A stretch of 64,000 nt of DNA from Phoronis australis (taxonomy: Eukaryota; Animalia; Phoronida), in the NCBI GenBank assembly GCA_002633005.1, contig NMRA01000332.1, positions 2,081 through 66,080 of the forward strand. The letters run 5' to 3'. Each line of letters opens with the position of its first letter. Within the stretch, counting starts at the first letter, position 1. Position numbers and translations under genes: made by a program. Of this stretch, positions 1 through 13,600 are shown one piece after another. The notes beneath the pieces were generated by a model, which saw only the letters and a program-made list of their open reading frames with translations, ran no database searches and was not told the DNA's origin.

Positions 1-1049
1 CGACTGGAGCAGTGCCTGTACTGTTACCAGCCAGAAAACGGGGATAAAATAATCGACAGCGCGCCTTAATTTTAATAAAATCAAACTACGGACAATTTTA
101 TGGAATTTGCTGAAGAAATGTGGCGAATAAATTTTGACAGAAATTATTTTGCCAGACTCGGGACCGCAGCCTATCGGACCCGGTGCGGATCGAGACCAGA
201 CACTGGCGAACGGTAAATGCATGCAGTTGCAAGCTGCTTTGTCGAAGTAAAATAGTCAAATCATAAATGCTGCATACATGTATATTCAAGGGTAGTTTCA
301 GACACTTGCATGAAATTACGGGCTGGTTAGTCCTGTGTCACACTGCCGCGGCAGACCTTAGTTAGCCTCAGTCACCAGCTACCAGTGAAGACTATCGTAA
401 AAATACAGCTTGTTAGTAGGCCTATACAGCTTTGCGTCAAGGCTAACCTTAGTCCTAACTGGTCACTGGCCACAGCGCTCGCTCAAGCGAGGTTTATTTA
501 GAACTTGGGTACTTCTGCCGAACTGTGCAAAGTTGTTGGCTTTCAATAGAGATTTTCCCAGACTTTGCATGAGCGCACCATCCTAAAAGAATGGGGGGCT
601 GGAATTTTTGGGAATGTCTATCTTTTACTATAAGATTCAGTGGGTATGTTCAGAGCTATGAATTGCAGATTCTAAATTTTGGTATTTCCTGTCTTCTAGT
701 GGAATATTGTCTCATTTTCTAGTTTTTTCGGAATTCGTGCTTCTGTGACTGAGGCAGACCTTTTTCCAGTTCTCCAAAAAGGGGCTAGTTCGAGCACATA
801 AGTATGACAAGTCCAATACAACATGTTCTTTTTTATTCATTAACCCAAAATGATTCAAACTTTTAACATAATAAGTAAGCATTTGCGCAAACCACGATTG
901 TAGATGCGTATAGCACCGAACGGGGGGAGGTCGCCTAGGAAAATTTTCTGTTTTTTCCTCTAAAAATCAAGCATTTTCCTTAATTCCTGAAGTATTATCC
1001 AAGAAAAAAATGAAAAAAAAAACACGGAGAACGTGTCGAACAGGAAAAA

Positions 1050-1122
1050 CCGCGCGCACCACAGACTCGAACTCACGAACTCGCGGATAGACCGCGCTGG
1101 CTTTACCACTACACCACCACGA
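1050..1122 (-). repeat. tRNA-like Pol III promoter head (SINE-like)
   Basis: Minus-strand A box TGGTGTAGTGGT (1105-1116) and B box GAGTTCGAGTC (1064-1074). Confidence 0.45.
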
Positions 1123-3255
1123 TTTAACTATTGTAGTAATCTTGTGCTAAGAGACCTACTTGTTTGTGGTCCACAGCGTTTGCGCGCGAAACCTACTTCT
1201 TTTTGTAATGCTTCTTTTTGTATTTGACCCTTCTCTGTGAGCGTATAATTACCGGCTGTCATCGGTTATTTCCGTACCCACATTTCCGGCTCATCAATTC
1301 AGGAACTTGTCATGAACGCCGCCATTTTTTCCTTGTAACTGAATGTGCTATGGTTTGCTCGAAAAGTCTTCATTATTTTGTTTTATTAGTAATATCTCGT
1401 GATTCGTTTGCATATGCACTGTATTTATAGTTTGTAGTTAGTTGTCGTTGAATTTTTTTTTGGAATGTTACGCGTACTTATTATATAAAAATAGCATTGG
1501 TGTTTAGTTCCTTACTAGGCCGGTCGAACCTAGGAACCAATATGGGTCGAACCAATTTTTTTCGGTTTTATTTTTTTTCTCGTTTTGAAAAAGTACTTTG
1601 CTATCATCGGAAAGGTAGTTCATTGTACTCAGTAAAAATCGAAAAAGTATCAAAATCTGGGCAAGCAGTGTAAAGTTATTGCAAGTTTTGTGGCGAAATT
1701 TGGGTCACTTTGTTTGGATCGCGTTGGCCATATTGGAGGACAGCGGGATAAGTTACGAGTTTAAAACTTTGTGTAAATTGTTTTCGCAAACAAATTACGG
1801 TGAAATTTAGTTAGACATATCTTTACTTACTATTCTGCACGATTTAACAGTGTTCACCAAATTTCAGCCTCGCAGTTTAAGTGATAAATGTGCTCACAAT
1901 TTCCGTTGGTCTTCGTCTGATTTCTGGCGGCACCGACAACATGGCGACTTTTGCTGAACTGAAAGACATGTTCAATCGGCTACTTTGTAATTTGTGAAGA
2001 TTTAACGTTGATACATTTTGACAAACTTTGCTACAAAAAGAAACTTTGTTCAATTTTCGTGTTTTTGTGCAAAAATATAAGATGTATTCGAATTATTTTA
2101 CCGTAAATTTCCCATTCAGGTGATCTTACACTAAGCTAAAAAATAGTTGAAATAATTTTGAAATGGTTTTTTGTTTGACTGTCAAATGCTGTTGAAGACT
2201 TGATTCGGTGTCACGAAATGATTCATATTTTTCTAAATTTTAAGTCTCAATTGCTTTCAAGTCATGTCTTGTAACTTACTGCTCCTTAATTCAGGTTATC
2301 AAGTCAACAATTTGAATAATCTTAATTTGAGAAATAAGCTATGTTGGATTGTGAAGCTTCAAGCCTCCAATTCTTGTTCCTTTCAACTTCATATTTTTTT
2401 AAATGATGCTTGTCAAATTCTGGTGCAAGGAAACACTATTCCGTCACCATGGTAATAGTTACATGTATGTCCACTTTCATATCATGGAAACTGTTGCTGT
2501 TGAATAGTGTTTGTAATGCTAAATGTTGTAAAGTATTGTGCATGCCGGACAAAAATGTTGCCCCCCCTTGTGATATCCTAGATCCGCCACTGTTTTACTA
2601 CTGTTTTCTGAACTCTGGAAAATAACAATTTTCGTAAAAAGGGTCAATAATATTTTGAACAAATGTTGCATTGAGGCCAACATTCTAGAATGAAAAAAAT
2701 GGGACAACTGGGTTTAAAAGCAGGACATCCATGTACAGGTTATGTGTCTATGGGTGAAGTGTTCGTCGCCACACACAAAAACGTCCCGACAGCGTTTTTT
2801 TTTTCGGACGAGTGATGCAACACCCAAAAGCACTTGTCGTCTTTTCTTTGTTTTTAGTCGCATGAGAAATTGTGGGAGCCGTAAAAACCCATGAACGTCC
2901 GTTTTTTTTAGTCAAACGGAAAACAGGGCTGTGTAACATTGAAAATTACATTTGTATATGATATGTCCATTTCGCCGTGTGTTATAAAGCGGGACATTTT
3001 GATGGTGTGTCGGGATGGTGGTAAAAATAAAAAATGAGACGGTCTGATAGGAGCGCAATAACTTACAGTATTGGATTGGACTCTTTTACAGGGTAAATTT
3101 TTCATTTTCTAAATTTTATTTCACGGGTTTAGGTAAATACTGCAGATAACATTAGTCCTCAAAAATCGAATTAACAAAAACCATCTGAGCAACTGGTAAT
3201 TATAGCACAAATGAATTGTTATAGGAACAAGAGCAAAGAGTAATAATGTATACAT

Positions 3256-3405
3256 ATAGATTATTACAGGGCGAAGTCGTTATCCCCCGTAATCTAGAGC
3301 CCAAGTGGATTTTGGAAAATTATCACCCGAGGGGGCGATAATTCAAAAATATCTACGAGAGCTCTAGATTCGGGGGATAACGACTGAGAACATGTAATAA
3401 TCTAT
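3256..3405. repeat. Imperfect palindrome of about 150 bp centred on CCCGAGGG
   Basis: ATAGATTATTACA / TGTAATAATCTAT, AGTCGTTATCCCCCG.AATCTAGAGC / GCTCTAGATTCGGGGGATAACGACT, AATTATCACCC / GGGCGATAATT. Confidence 0.85.
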
Positions 3406-3940
3406 TTATACCACACACTGAACGAGAAACATTCCAATGAATCGATCCACCTTTCTCGACTCGCCTCGGCTTTTGTAATTACATTCTATGTCAGAGGCCT
3501 GAGGTCAAGAAACGTCGTTTTTCTTGTTAAAAATGATGTTTTTACTTAAAACCAAATAAAAATTGAAGCAAAATAGATCTAAAGTGAATCTGTGAAATAT
3601 TTTTTTATTTTAAGCAACTACTCTACCTTACTACACATCTTATTATGCTAAGCGTCCACCATGGAAATATCGTTTTCTGAAGTAGGTTACCACTGGTTAA
3701 TGAGTTTAATGTTCAAATCAAAGAGTCCTGACCACACGTTACTTGCATTCAAATTGGACATAGATGATTTACAACTGAAAGAAAATGACGGATAATTACT
3801 GAATTAAAGAAATCGTTTTTATTGAAATTGTGCGTTTGTTTTTCACAGCGTATATTTCTGTCAGTGCAATGCAGCTTGTTGAACATGAGATTATTGCACG
3901 TGCTCATTTAAATATTTTATTTTCACGTTCGATGACGACA

Positions 3941-4010
3941 GCCTCTGAGTGGTGCAGTGGTAAAGTCGACAGTCGAAACTTTTGCGGGTTCGAAACCGGC
4001 CTCGGTTTCC
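3941..4010 (+). repeat. tRNA-like Pol III promoter head (SINE-like, not a folded tRNA)
   Basis: A box TGGTGCAGTGGT (3950-3961) and B box GGTTCGAAACC (3987-3997). Confidence 0.45.
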
Positions 4011-5213
4011 CGCCAAAATGTTAGCTAACGCCGTTTAATAACTAAACGGGTTATTACACGGTTGTATTGGCCATTACATGCATACACGCACATATACAAA
4101 CACACACTCACACAGGTACACTTCAATATAAAGGAGGACACCTATGAAATGTCGGGAGTTCTAACGCTACAATGCATGGGTCACGTAGCCGATTTGGCAT
4201 ATCATGCATAGAGTTCATGTTAAAAGGAACACTAGGGCTTCGTTGACACTCCAAGAAGACAAGTCTCTGTTTCTCCAAAATTTGTTGTGAACAACATAAA
4301 GGCTTTAAGGATTGATCGTAGGCTGGTTTAGGGGGTCCTGGATGGACCGGAGGATCCGCCTCCCCATCCTTCCCCCATTACAGCAACAACAAAAAATAAA
4401 AAAGTCTGCAGTTACAATACTAAACCCTGTTTTGGCGATTTTACCGGAAACCTGTTATGTCACCTGTTATTGCATACTTAGGATCACCAAGGCTGTCATC
4501 CAAAGCGTTAGTAACCCTTATTACTGAACATCTTGTTATGAATTTTGTTTCTAACCTTTGTGAATTGACAGGGATCACAGAGATTTGTTTCAAATAATTA
4601 ACTGGTCCATCAGTAACCAATTGGCCTATCATTGAATTGGCTATATGTGAGTTTAAATAAGCCCGTCTTATCGTGATGAAATTGGTTACAAACTTTTCTT
4701 AACTCCGTCAGATAACAAGCAATTTCTGGGCCAATGGAATGCTCGAAAGTACAATCAATAAATTGACTTGAACCTATGGGTTATTCAATGCTGCGAGCAT
4801 AGCCTCAACCCACAACAAACTCAATCAGACAATTCTTTTTTAGCCTAGAAATTACCTCTCATCTGAGTGAGAAAGAATTTGAGACCTATTTTATCACGAC
4901 AACTTGTCAAAATCATGAGCTTATAACGCCATTAACAGGTTACCAAACCATGTTTTGGTGACTTAATCCGAAATTTCTTCCGAAACCTGTTATTGTTTAA
5001 TTGTAGAACTTTCCGGTAAGATGAAAGCACTCATATTGCTCTGATACCCATGGTAGTATACTAAGTCACGCGTGAACTGGTACCATGACACTACACCAAG
5101 TTACCGAAAATGTTGGCCACGCTTGTCGACGTGCGTATTTTAAAAGGACTCAAAACTTCAGTCAAACTTTTTAAGATTAGCGAGGGTCTCTTATAGTTCA
5201 GAATTCGATGTTA

Positions 5214-5529
5214 CCGGGATTTTCACTAGATAAGCCCGTGGGGGTGATGACAAATTTCCGACGCTTAGTAACACCAAATAACCGCCCGCGCGTTTATTCG
5301 GAAAAGGGTTTCATGACTTTGACATGTTTTACTTAAACATGTCTTTTTAAATTCTGTGTTAATAACTGCATACTTCGCCAGCACTTTGCTCGTTTTTATA
5401 AATGATAAATGCTCTAAAAAATTGAATTTGTGACTAAAAGTTGACGCTCAGTGGTCTTTTAAGGGAAATTTTCCGAATAAACTCCCACGGGCGTTTCATC
5501 GAGTGGGCTTATCTACGGAAAACCCCCGA
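5214..5529. mobile_element. Palindromic MITE
   Basis: CGGGATTTTCACTAGATAAGCCC versus reverse complement CGGGGGTTTCCGTAGATAAGCCC; inner inverted pair GTTTATTCGGAAAA / TTTTCCGAATAAAC. Confidence 0.65.
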
Positions 5530-7657
5530 TATTTACCGTTTACCTGAGTTATGTATCCCATTAACGTCATGCCATTATGCGAAGTGAAGCAAATCTAACA
5601 GTGTAGGTCAATTTTGACTCAAGACCTAAACATGTATCGTTGTATGAAGCTTTAAAAGCCGAGATAACATATCATGGGCGGCGCAGCACTGCAGTAATTG
5701 GGGAGGGGGCTTCAGCCGTGATTTAAAGGTAACTGTTTCGTGATATTTTATTACAAGACCATTTTTAACAATTGCTATACATTGAGACTGCCCTGCTCCA
5801 ACAGTTCTCCATTACAATGTTAGTATTACATATGTGTACACCTATTTCGAAAATTTTTTACAAAAATCTCTTAGTCAGCTACCATTTGGGTAATGATCTT
5901 GAGTGTACATCAAGATTAGAATTCGTTTTATGACGATGAAGCGGAAGTCAGAATGTTTTTGAAGCATGGAGCAGTGGCAATTAGGTCAAGTAAAATATTG
6001 TCAATTGAGCTGATCATGAGATACATACTATGCTAACATCTGGGGTTTTGTTACCCCAACACCTACGCGAGTTCAAACCAGACTGTTATTAACCCGTCTT
6101 AATCTATTTTCACATTAATTTTTGTGGGTTTAATCGCAATTATGACGAAAACATATTCGCTAATTTCTCTTATACTGCATCGATTTAAAAAAATAGTCTA
6201 CTGTTTATTTTTCATTTTAAAAAGTAATGTTGGTCCTTTGTCTTACTTATTGTTCGTGTTTGACCCAACCGGCGAGTTAATTTACGACTGCAGTTATCTC
6301 ATCCAGCACGTTTAGTCCACAGGCGCTTGAAATTATCTGTTCCTCGATCGCAAATGACGTCACTCACTACTAAGAAAAGAAAAGATAAACTTTAGGTTGG
6401 ACACTCAAAGTCTGTTTGCTCAGAATTTTCTACTCAAATGTGCATGAAACTCTACGGTATCTGCACTGAACAAATGTTTGAATACCTTCTTTCACTTGAT
6501 CACTTCAAATTGCCTTCGAGTGCTGATTTGAAGACAAAAATGACGAATAAAGGCCCAATTACAAATTCAAGGACCTTATTTTGTGACGCAAGACTTTCAT
6601 GGCAGACGACTTTCGAGCATCTGGGTTTTTGGCGGATGCTCCCGAATCAGTTCCGGAGCTCTGTTTTCGCGCGCCCACGAATGTTATTTGAGTGCCCTCC
6701 ACATAATTTATTATTACAGTTTGAATGTAATTAAACTCTGATTATGCAAAACAACTTTGTTTATAGCCGTGGTACCACGGGATGCTGGCTTCTAACGCTG
6801 GCCTACTGCGAAATCCGGCATTTACCGGTCCGATGGTGATTTACCGGTACTAAACGCATGGTCAGATATCGGAATTTCCGCCAAATGCCGAGTATTCGTT
6901 GCGCTTCAACAAAGAATAGCACATACCGTAATGTCAATATCAAAGACAAGATATGCCCGTTTTTGCAATAACTTCTAGGTTAAAGGTTAAAATGAGCTAT
7001 AAGAAGAAACAAATTGCACTTGGAATGTTCATTTTATTAACCTCAATCATTCAAATTTGGGATAAATTTCTTGACTTTGACATAGGGGTTGCTTGCTCAA
7101 ACTCGGAATTTTATCTTAGACAGGCGTACAAGATAAAGCTCAACTGAAATACGCCATGTTAACTATTTTAGGTCCTTGATTTCAGAGTTTTGAGCTTGTT
7201 TCGAAAATTTGTTCGGTAATTCAACACTCACAAGGATAATTTAATAAAATCTAGGAAAAATAAGGCTTCAGAGGTTTATGCAATACCAGTCTGAGAAAGA
7301 CATACGGAAATTTTATTTGGATTTGGGACAGTTGAAGTTGGGAGTCTCGGATTGGCAAAGTTTTAGGGTCCAATCTTTATGTTTCTTATATATCATCGAG
7401 AAATTCGAGCGCCCTGTGGTTTAATCACGCCCATGAATAGTGACTAGCTCACTTCATTCCCTGACGGCATCGATCACTTCGCCGGATACTCTGGGGTAAA
7501 CAATGCACCTTTCTCGTCTATTTGCGTGCAAATCCTGTTATTGTAACACTTGTCTAATGTGAAAAAGAACTCAAAACGACAGCATATTTTTTAAAACTAT
7601 TGAAATTATCTTGTAAGAAGATTAATGTCCGATCGAGAAATCCAAGGCGGTATCCAG

Positions 7658-10600
7658 TTAGGTAGCCATGACGTTGATTTCCACGGTTCCTGTAATTCCA
7701 ATCAGTTCGTCTGAAGAAAAACTTGCAATCAATTGGCGCTTCCCTGGTCGACTGGCTTTGAGCGTCATCGTTTTAACGATTTCCTCGCCTGGTTTCACGG
7801 ATCGACTGTAACCACAAGCAAATTATTTAGGTTTTTATCTTGATATATTCAACATGATACTCAGCAGAAACACAAATTAGTTAACATTTTACGTACTGTC
7901 CTAAACTTCCAAACAAGGAGCTGTATACAGTGTAAGCCAATTCGCACGACTTATTTTTTAACCTTGATACATGTTCGTGGAACAGAACCAAAGTGACGGA
8001 TCAAGAACATTGATGGTGGTTATATTATAACGACTTCACGGGTCTGGTCCTTACCGAGGTCGTGGTCGTAAACTGCAATTTCAGCAACAAGAGCCCTCAG
8101 CGTGGACATCACATTTCATTTCTGCTTCACATATCCACTTTTAAGAAAATAGTTTGGTAAGGTACGTACATGTACTTGGCGAGACGGTGTTAAATGGTTC
8201 AGAAAACAAGAAAAAATGATTCGTGTCTAATGGCAAGTCACCATTTGTCATATCTCTAAAATGTCACGATTGTCTCAGCTTTTTGCTGCTTCTTAAAGAA
8301 CTACTGTGGTGCTAAAATGACTATTTTCATATCTAAAATACATGTATTAATGAAAAAACCCGTTACGGTGTCCTAGCATGCCCCGGGCATTAATTGAGTA
8401 GGCCTATAAGCATACAGCAGTCCCATCACGAACCCCATTTATCGCCAAAAAATTGAGATGACGCTCGCACCAATCGAAGCCTATGACATCAACGACACAA
8501 CAAATTTGGCTTTCGTTGTGTCTCCGTTGTAAGACGAAACGTCACGGTGCCCACCGCAAATCTTGTACCGAGCCAGCTAGCTGTACGAGGACTATCGTCA
8601 AAATACAGCTAGGTACAACTGTGTGTTGAGCTTCGGTTAGACCCCGAAATTTCACACAGCCCGGGTAGTTCTGCTCGTCGCCTCCTAGTGAAACGTATAA
8701 TTATCAAAAAGAGCAACGTCCGGCGGGGATGCATGCCAAATCTGGGAGGCAACCGACACTCACCTTGTCGGTTACAGCCGTTTAAGTGGAAAACAATCTA
8801 ATAAACGTCATTTTCCTGCACAATTCTCCCCCTTTTCAGTTGTAACAAAGAAAAATCTGTCGTCGTCTTACGCTCGTGACATGGGCACGCGCCATTTTCT
8901 AAAATTTTGCTGCATCTCTCCGGAGATGACGACAGCTTCGGAGCAGCAAAATTGGTTCTGAAATTCGCTGGTTTGCTGGTATTCGACAGTTTGTTGTGAC
9001 ATGTACGCAACCTCGTAGACGAAAAGTCCAGTTGACTGAAGAATTGGGGGAAAAAGAAACTGGCCAATAGGTGACGCAATATTTCATGGCGCCGAAAGCC
9101 TCGATGCAAAAGATCGCACCACAGTTTTAGCAGCAGAATAACGGTAGCACGCCAGTTTTCCAAAACCGGTAGGCCTAAGTAATTTAGTTTACCTAAGGAA
9201 AAGTTTTTAATGACACTGATTATGTACTAGGTTTTATTTGGTCAGTTTTCTACCCACATCGGCGCAAACCAAAGCTAGAACAGATCTTGAGCTAGAACTG
9301 TTGTGGGCTAGAACTGTTGTGGATACGAATCTATTCCACACACGACACATTGTGGGATCAGCGAGGAAGTTCTACAACTGTTTGCCATTGCCGCATACCT
9401 TTCTGCACATGTACACCACGAAACGCGGCATTTTAGCCCAGAGACCTATAAGTAGACTACGTTCAAGAAATGCAGAATAAAATATCTGTTATCCCAACAA
9501 AACAATGATACAAGCCATTCGACGCACATTTCGTCAAAGAATCATCAAATTGTCAAAGAGCGTCACAGAATTTCAGGCGAGCAAATTTTGAAAAAGAATG
9601 TCACCCTGTCACAGGCAATTCATTCTCAGTTCATAACCTCTGGTGGAAGATAATTTTCAAAATATCACATCCTTGCTGGCACATCCAGAGCCAAGAGCCA
9701 GTATCCAGATTACATGCACTCGGAAACCCGACCGCCCAAACATACAGTATTATGGCAACGGGTGCTCTTACCTGTGAGAAACGTGCGTTGGCTTGGCGAT
9801 TCCAGCGCCCTCCACGTGGAACTGAGTGTTTTTTAACTTAACGCTCAATGGATTGGTAAGTTGCAAAGTGACGGAAAATTCGGTGCCAACTACTGTATTT
9901 GTCGGAGCCTGAAATTCAAGTTATTGTGCTCAACGGATTCTTGAATTTCTTTATGTAGAAGCGAATACAGAAATGTGGAAACACTGCCTCTAACAAAAAA
10001 AATTCAGAACATCTTGGGTAGTGATCAGTTAACACGGGCATGGTTCTTGGAGAATTCACAAACTTTACACTAGTACTCTCGAGAATTCACTTAGAAACGA
10101 AAGCGCTAATTATTTCGCTTGGTGCTTTTTATTTTAAAGCAGAATCACAGAGGCACTAAAAAACGAAATTAAAAGAAAAACGTAAAGCTTAGCCTACCAA
10201 AATGTGTAATTGTGGAATGACCAACTGGAACTTTCCCTCACTGGCGTAGACAAGACTGTCGTCATCATTTGTAGTGGCTTTGGCTTCCACCCGAATGACT
10301 GCTTCATCTCGTATGCGCTGCAGATAATTTACAGCCTCCACGTTGAGTTTAATTCTATATTCTAGAAGCAAAGATTTTCGAACATGAATGCGAGTGCCGG
10401 CTTATGGCACCAAAATTTTACACCTCATTGCTTCGTTTGCCAGTTAGAGTCGCAGGACAGACCATGGCTAATGCAGGTAGTTAACAATCGTCAAAGGTCA
10501 TGTTCTGATGTCAAAAATGACTTTCACCACACGCTCAGATAAAGTCATCGGGTTCTTATCGTTTTGAATTACAATTGGTTACAAAAAGTGCCCAAATCCT

Positions 10601-13600
10601 TTGACGGCCATGCTGCTTCGGCGACTGAAACTTTACTACCTCAACAAGCTAACTAGTGTGAAGCAGCAATGAACTGGTTCTGGTTCATTGCCGCTTCAAC
10701 ATACATATTACAAAAGTACACATTTCTAATATTCAACCATACTTTACCAAGTCCAACATGTCCAATTGAAGAGGCATGGAAAACGAAAGTTCGTCAAAAA
10801 TATCAATTCCTGACCAAAGTACCACCTCTCAACGTCTAGTGCACAGTAATTCACTTTCCCCTGAGAAGAAATTTCCAGAAAAAATGGAAAAATACACGAT
10901 TTTTGAAATAGGCGGAAAGGAAAAATTCTGTGGTTACCACAGCGTTTCCAATCTACCTCCCACTTATTATAAATGCGCCCATGCGCTCACAGTCAGTTGC
11001 TTGAAGTCAATGGAGGACAAAGGCAACATTTTCCATATAAGGGAATTGCGCTTCGTCTATTTCTTGCCATACCAAATAAGGAGGCCATGATTTGTCTTGT
11101 GGTAGAAAAATCGACGGAGTGGTTAGCAGTTGACAGATCATTTTTCTTGAAATTTGAAACTAAAAGAGATTGCTTTGATATGAACAGAAATTAAAAATCT
11201 TTACGAATGAACTTGGTTAGCAGGTTGGATACTGTTCCAGTTGCAGAAAACCACTTTCAATATTGCAATTTATTCTGTTTATCGCGTTCCAGGCCTCTTT
11301 AATATCTATCATCAATATATGTGTCTCGTGTCGCAACTAAATCCAAATACTTGAATATGGCATTACCTGGGACAAGGTCTAGATCATGAGCCAGTATTTC
11401 TGCCTCCACAGTCGATTCATTATCAACCTGCACGTATCCAAGTCAAGCATCTACGGTTAAGATCCTGTCATCTCGTTGGATACCACTGTCATTCATTTTA
11501 TTACCTTGCCCACCAGCGCTAATATCCCTCTCTATTACAAAAGCAATCTTAGTATGACAAACTAACCTTCGTCGCCTTTTAGTGTGAAAAGATATTCTTC
11601 TTGATCAATCTGGCAGTCGGCTACGTTGGTGTAGTAACATGCCGACACCGTTAGCAAGAGGCGGCATTTTTTAGATTCTCGTGCAACATTTTTCATCCAA
11701 ACTCCGACTTCAAAATCTGCCCCGATTCCTACGCCTTCTGGCAAGTCTATTGATAGCTGCACGTCCTCCCTTTCTTCGAACTTAGGAATGAGTCGTACCC
11801 GCGAACTATGTTTCATTGCCGTCTCCATTGCCTTTTGATTTTCGCTTGAACCTGGAATACAAAAGCATTGGCTCATTTAAAGAATAATGACGTAAGAAGT
11901 TTGTTTCACAAAATTTGATTTCGGAAATTTCCATGGAAAGCATGAATTTGCAGCTTAGTATACAGGAACCTTTCGAATATTAAATGCTTAAAATTATACC
12001 AAGATCGGTTTTAGTGCATTTCAATGTTGAAACGGATATTAAAAACGATTTTCCATCCAATTCTCTGAAGCAAAATAATGCTCTGTTACCCTCTACTACC
12101 TCAAAAGATTGGAGGAATTGAAAACTCTTTTCGAAGTTTGCTAAGCGGGTAAGCCTGACCTACACTTTAAGCCAATTGCACTTCCAGTGCGAAGAAAGAC
12201 CACTCAGCAAGAACTACAATATCCAATATGTGACACAGGGAGTATGAATGTTCAGTTGATTCCTGCTTTTATCTTTTTATATTGACGCCAATGATACATT
12301 AGCAAGTGACAGAACGAGAATTGGTTGATATCATCAAAGCAGGGTTTAATATAATGTTAAAGAAATATCTGTAGCTACGCAAAACAGAGGTCGCACCCCT
12401 GTCATGGTCATCAGATGAAAAGACTCAGAGTTACCTAACTACGTTGTAAGTAACCTGGCAAAATGGAGGCCACTGAAACGATTGGAATATTAAACGGGAT
12501 ATAATTTACCGCTTCCGTTCCACAAGCAAAGATTTGTTGCTGGTAGTGTACATGTAAATCTACGTGACGTAGCCCAGCTCACAAGAAACAAACGATGCCA
12601 GAACGAACGAGAACATATATCGTGGTTACGGTGCTTATATAAAATGTAAATCAATTGACGAAGGCCGGTGCAACTCTAAGAGCCATGGCATCATTTTGTG
12701 TGACCCAAGACCAGGGTTACCATAGAATCATACGAACGAGCATCCTAATCATACATACAAACCATCTACGAACCTATGAATCATGCATATGTACCCATGA
12801 ATCATGTACACAAATTCAAATCCACGCACACGAACAGAATCATGCGCGCAAATCACAAGAATTACACATACGAACACAAATTGTACGCACGAGCATCCGA
12901 GTCATACCACGTCCCATCAAACGATAAAGTGTTCGTGCTTGTGACTCCATGCCCGTATGTATGATTATGTGATCGTATGTATGATTATGTGTTCGTATGA
13001 TTTTTGTAGTTCGTGCGCATGATTTTTGTTTGTATGCGTGATTTTTGGGTTCGTATGCATGATTCATGGGTTTGCATGCATAACTGATGGGTTTGTAGTG
13101 GTTCGTGAGTACGCTGTGATGCTTGTGCGTATTATTCTGTTGTACCCCTGAAGACGGGCACCTCATCAAGGGACTTAATTCAACTCCACCTAATCATCAT
13201 TCCGAGGATGTCTCCAGACCTTGACTGACGAAAACGCTCAATTTATTGTAAGTATTGCATTGTGCCTCATGAAATTTGCCTGATAAGGGAGTTATCGTTT
13301 TACAATGGATTAAGTCCCGTGATACGACGAAAGAAAAGCTCAAACTGCGACTTATGTACACAAGTGGGCCTTAAACCTACACGACTGTTCAAGCAACCAC
13401 AAAAACATGCCAGCTCCCTACAACTAACGATTCTAAATATGAGTATACAGAAGTGGTGGTAAAATGCTTACGGTCGTTATTCTGCTTAATCTCGAGGAGG
13501 TGACCGCAGTTTACAAACGACAAATGGTTGAAATGGCCCTAAATGGTATTCTGTTTATTTGCTATTGCCTAGCCGACTTCCATCGAGACAAGAGCACCCC

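Noticed and set aside
3941-4010. Possible tRNA genes here and at 1050-1122 and 22430-22509
   Set aside because: A and B boxes are present, but I could not fold a convincing acceptor and anticodon stem; treated as SINE-like heads.
1-7600. Possible protein-coding gene downstream of the transglutaminase
   Set aside because: Only short unrelated ORFs and repeat fragments; no phase-consistent exon chain or recognisable domain.
8798-9480. ORFs of 121 aa and 80 aa in the last transglutaminase intron
   Set aside because: No recognisable motifs. The neighbouring region shares a short block with 390-410 (GACTATCGT.AAAATACAGCT), suggesting a repeat relic.
11367-11427. Exon-like 61-nt segment (CAG|...|GTAATG) in a transglutaminase intron
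   Set aside because: Weak pyrimidine tract; in the incoming phase it gives an immediate stop, and the gene is complete without it.
12655-13169. His/Asn-rich ORFs on both strands
   Set aside because: Arise from the short-repeat arms of the foldback MITE.
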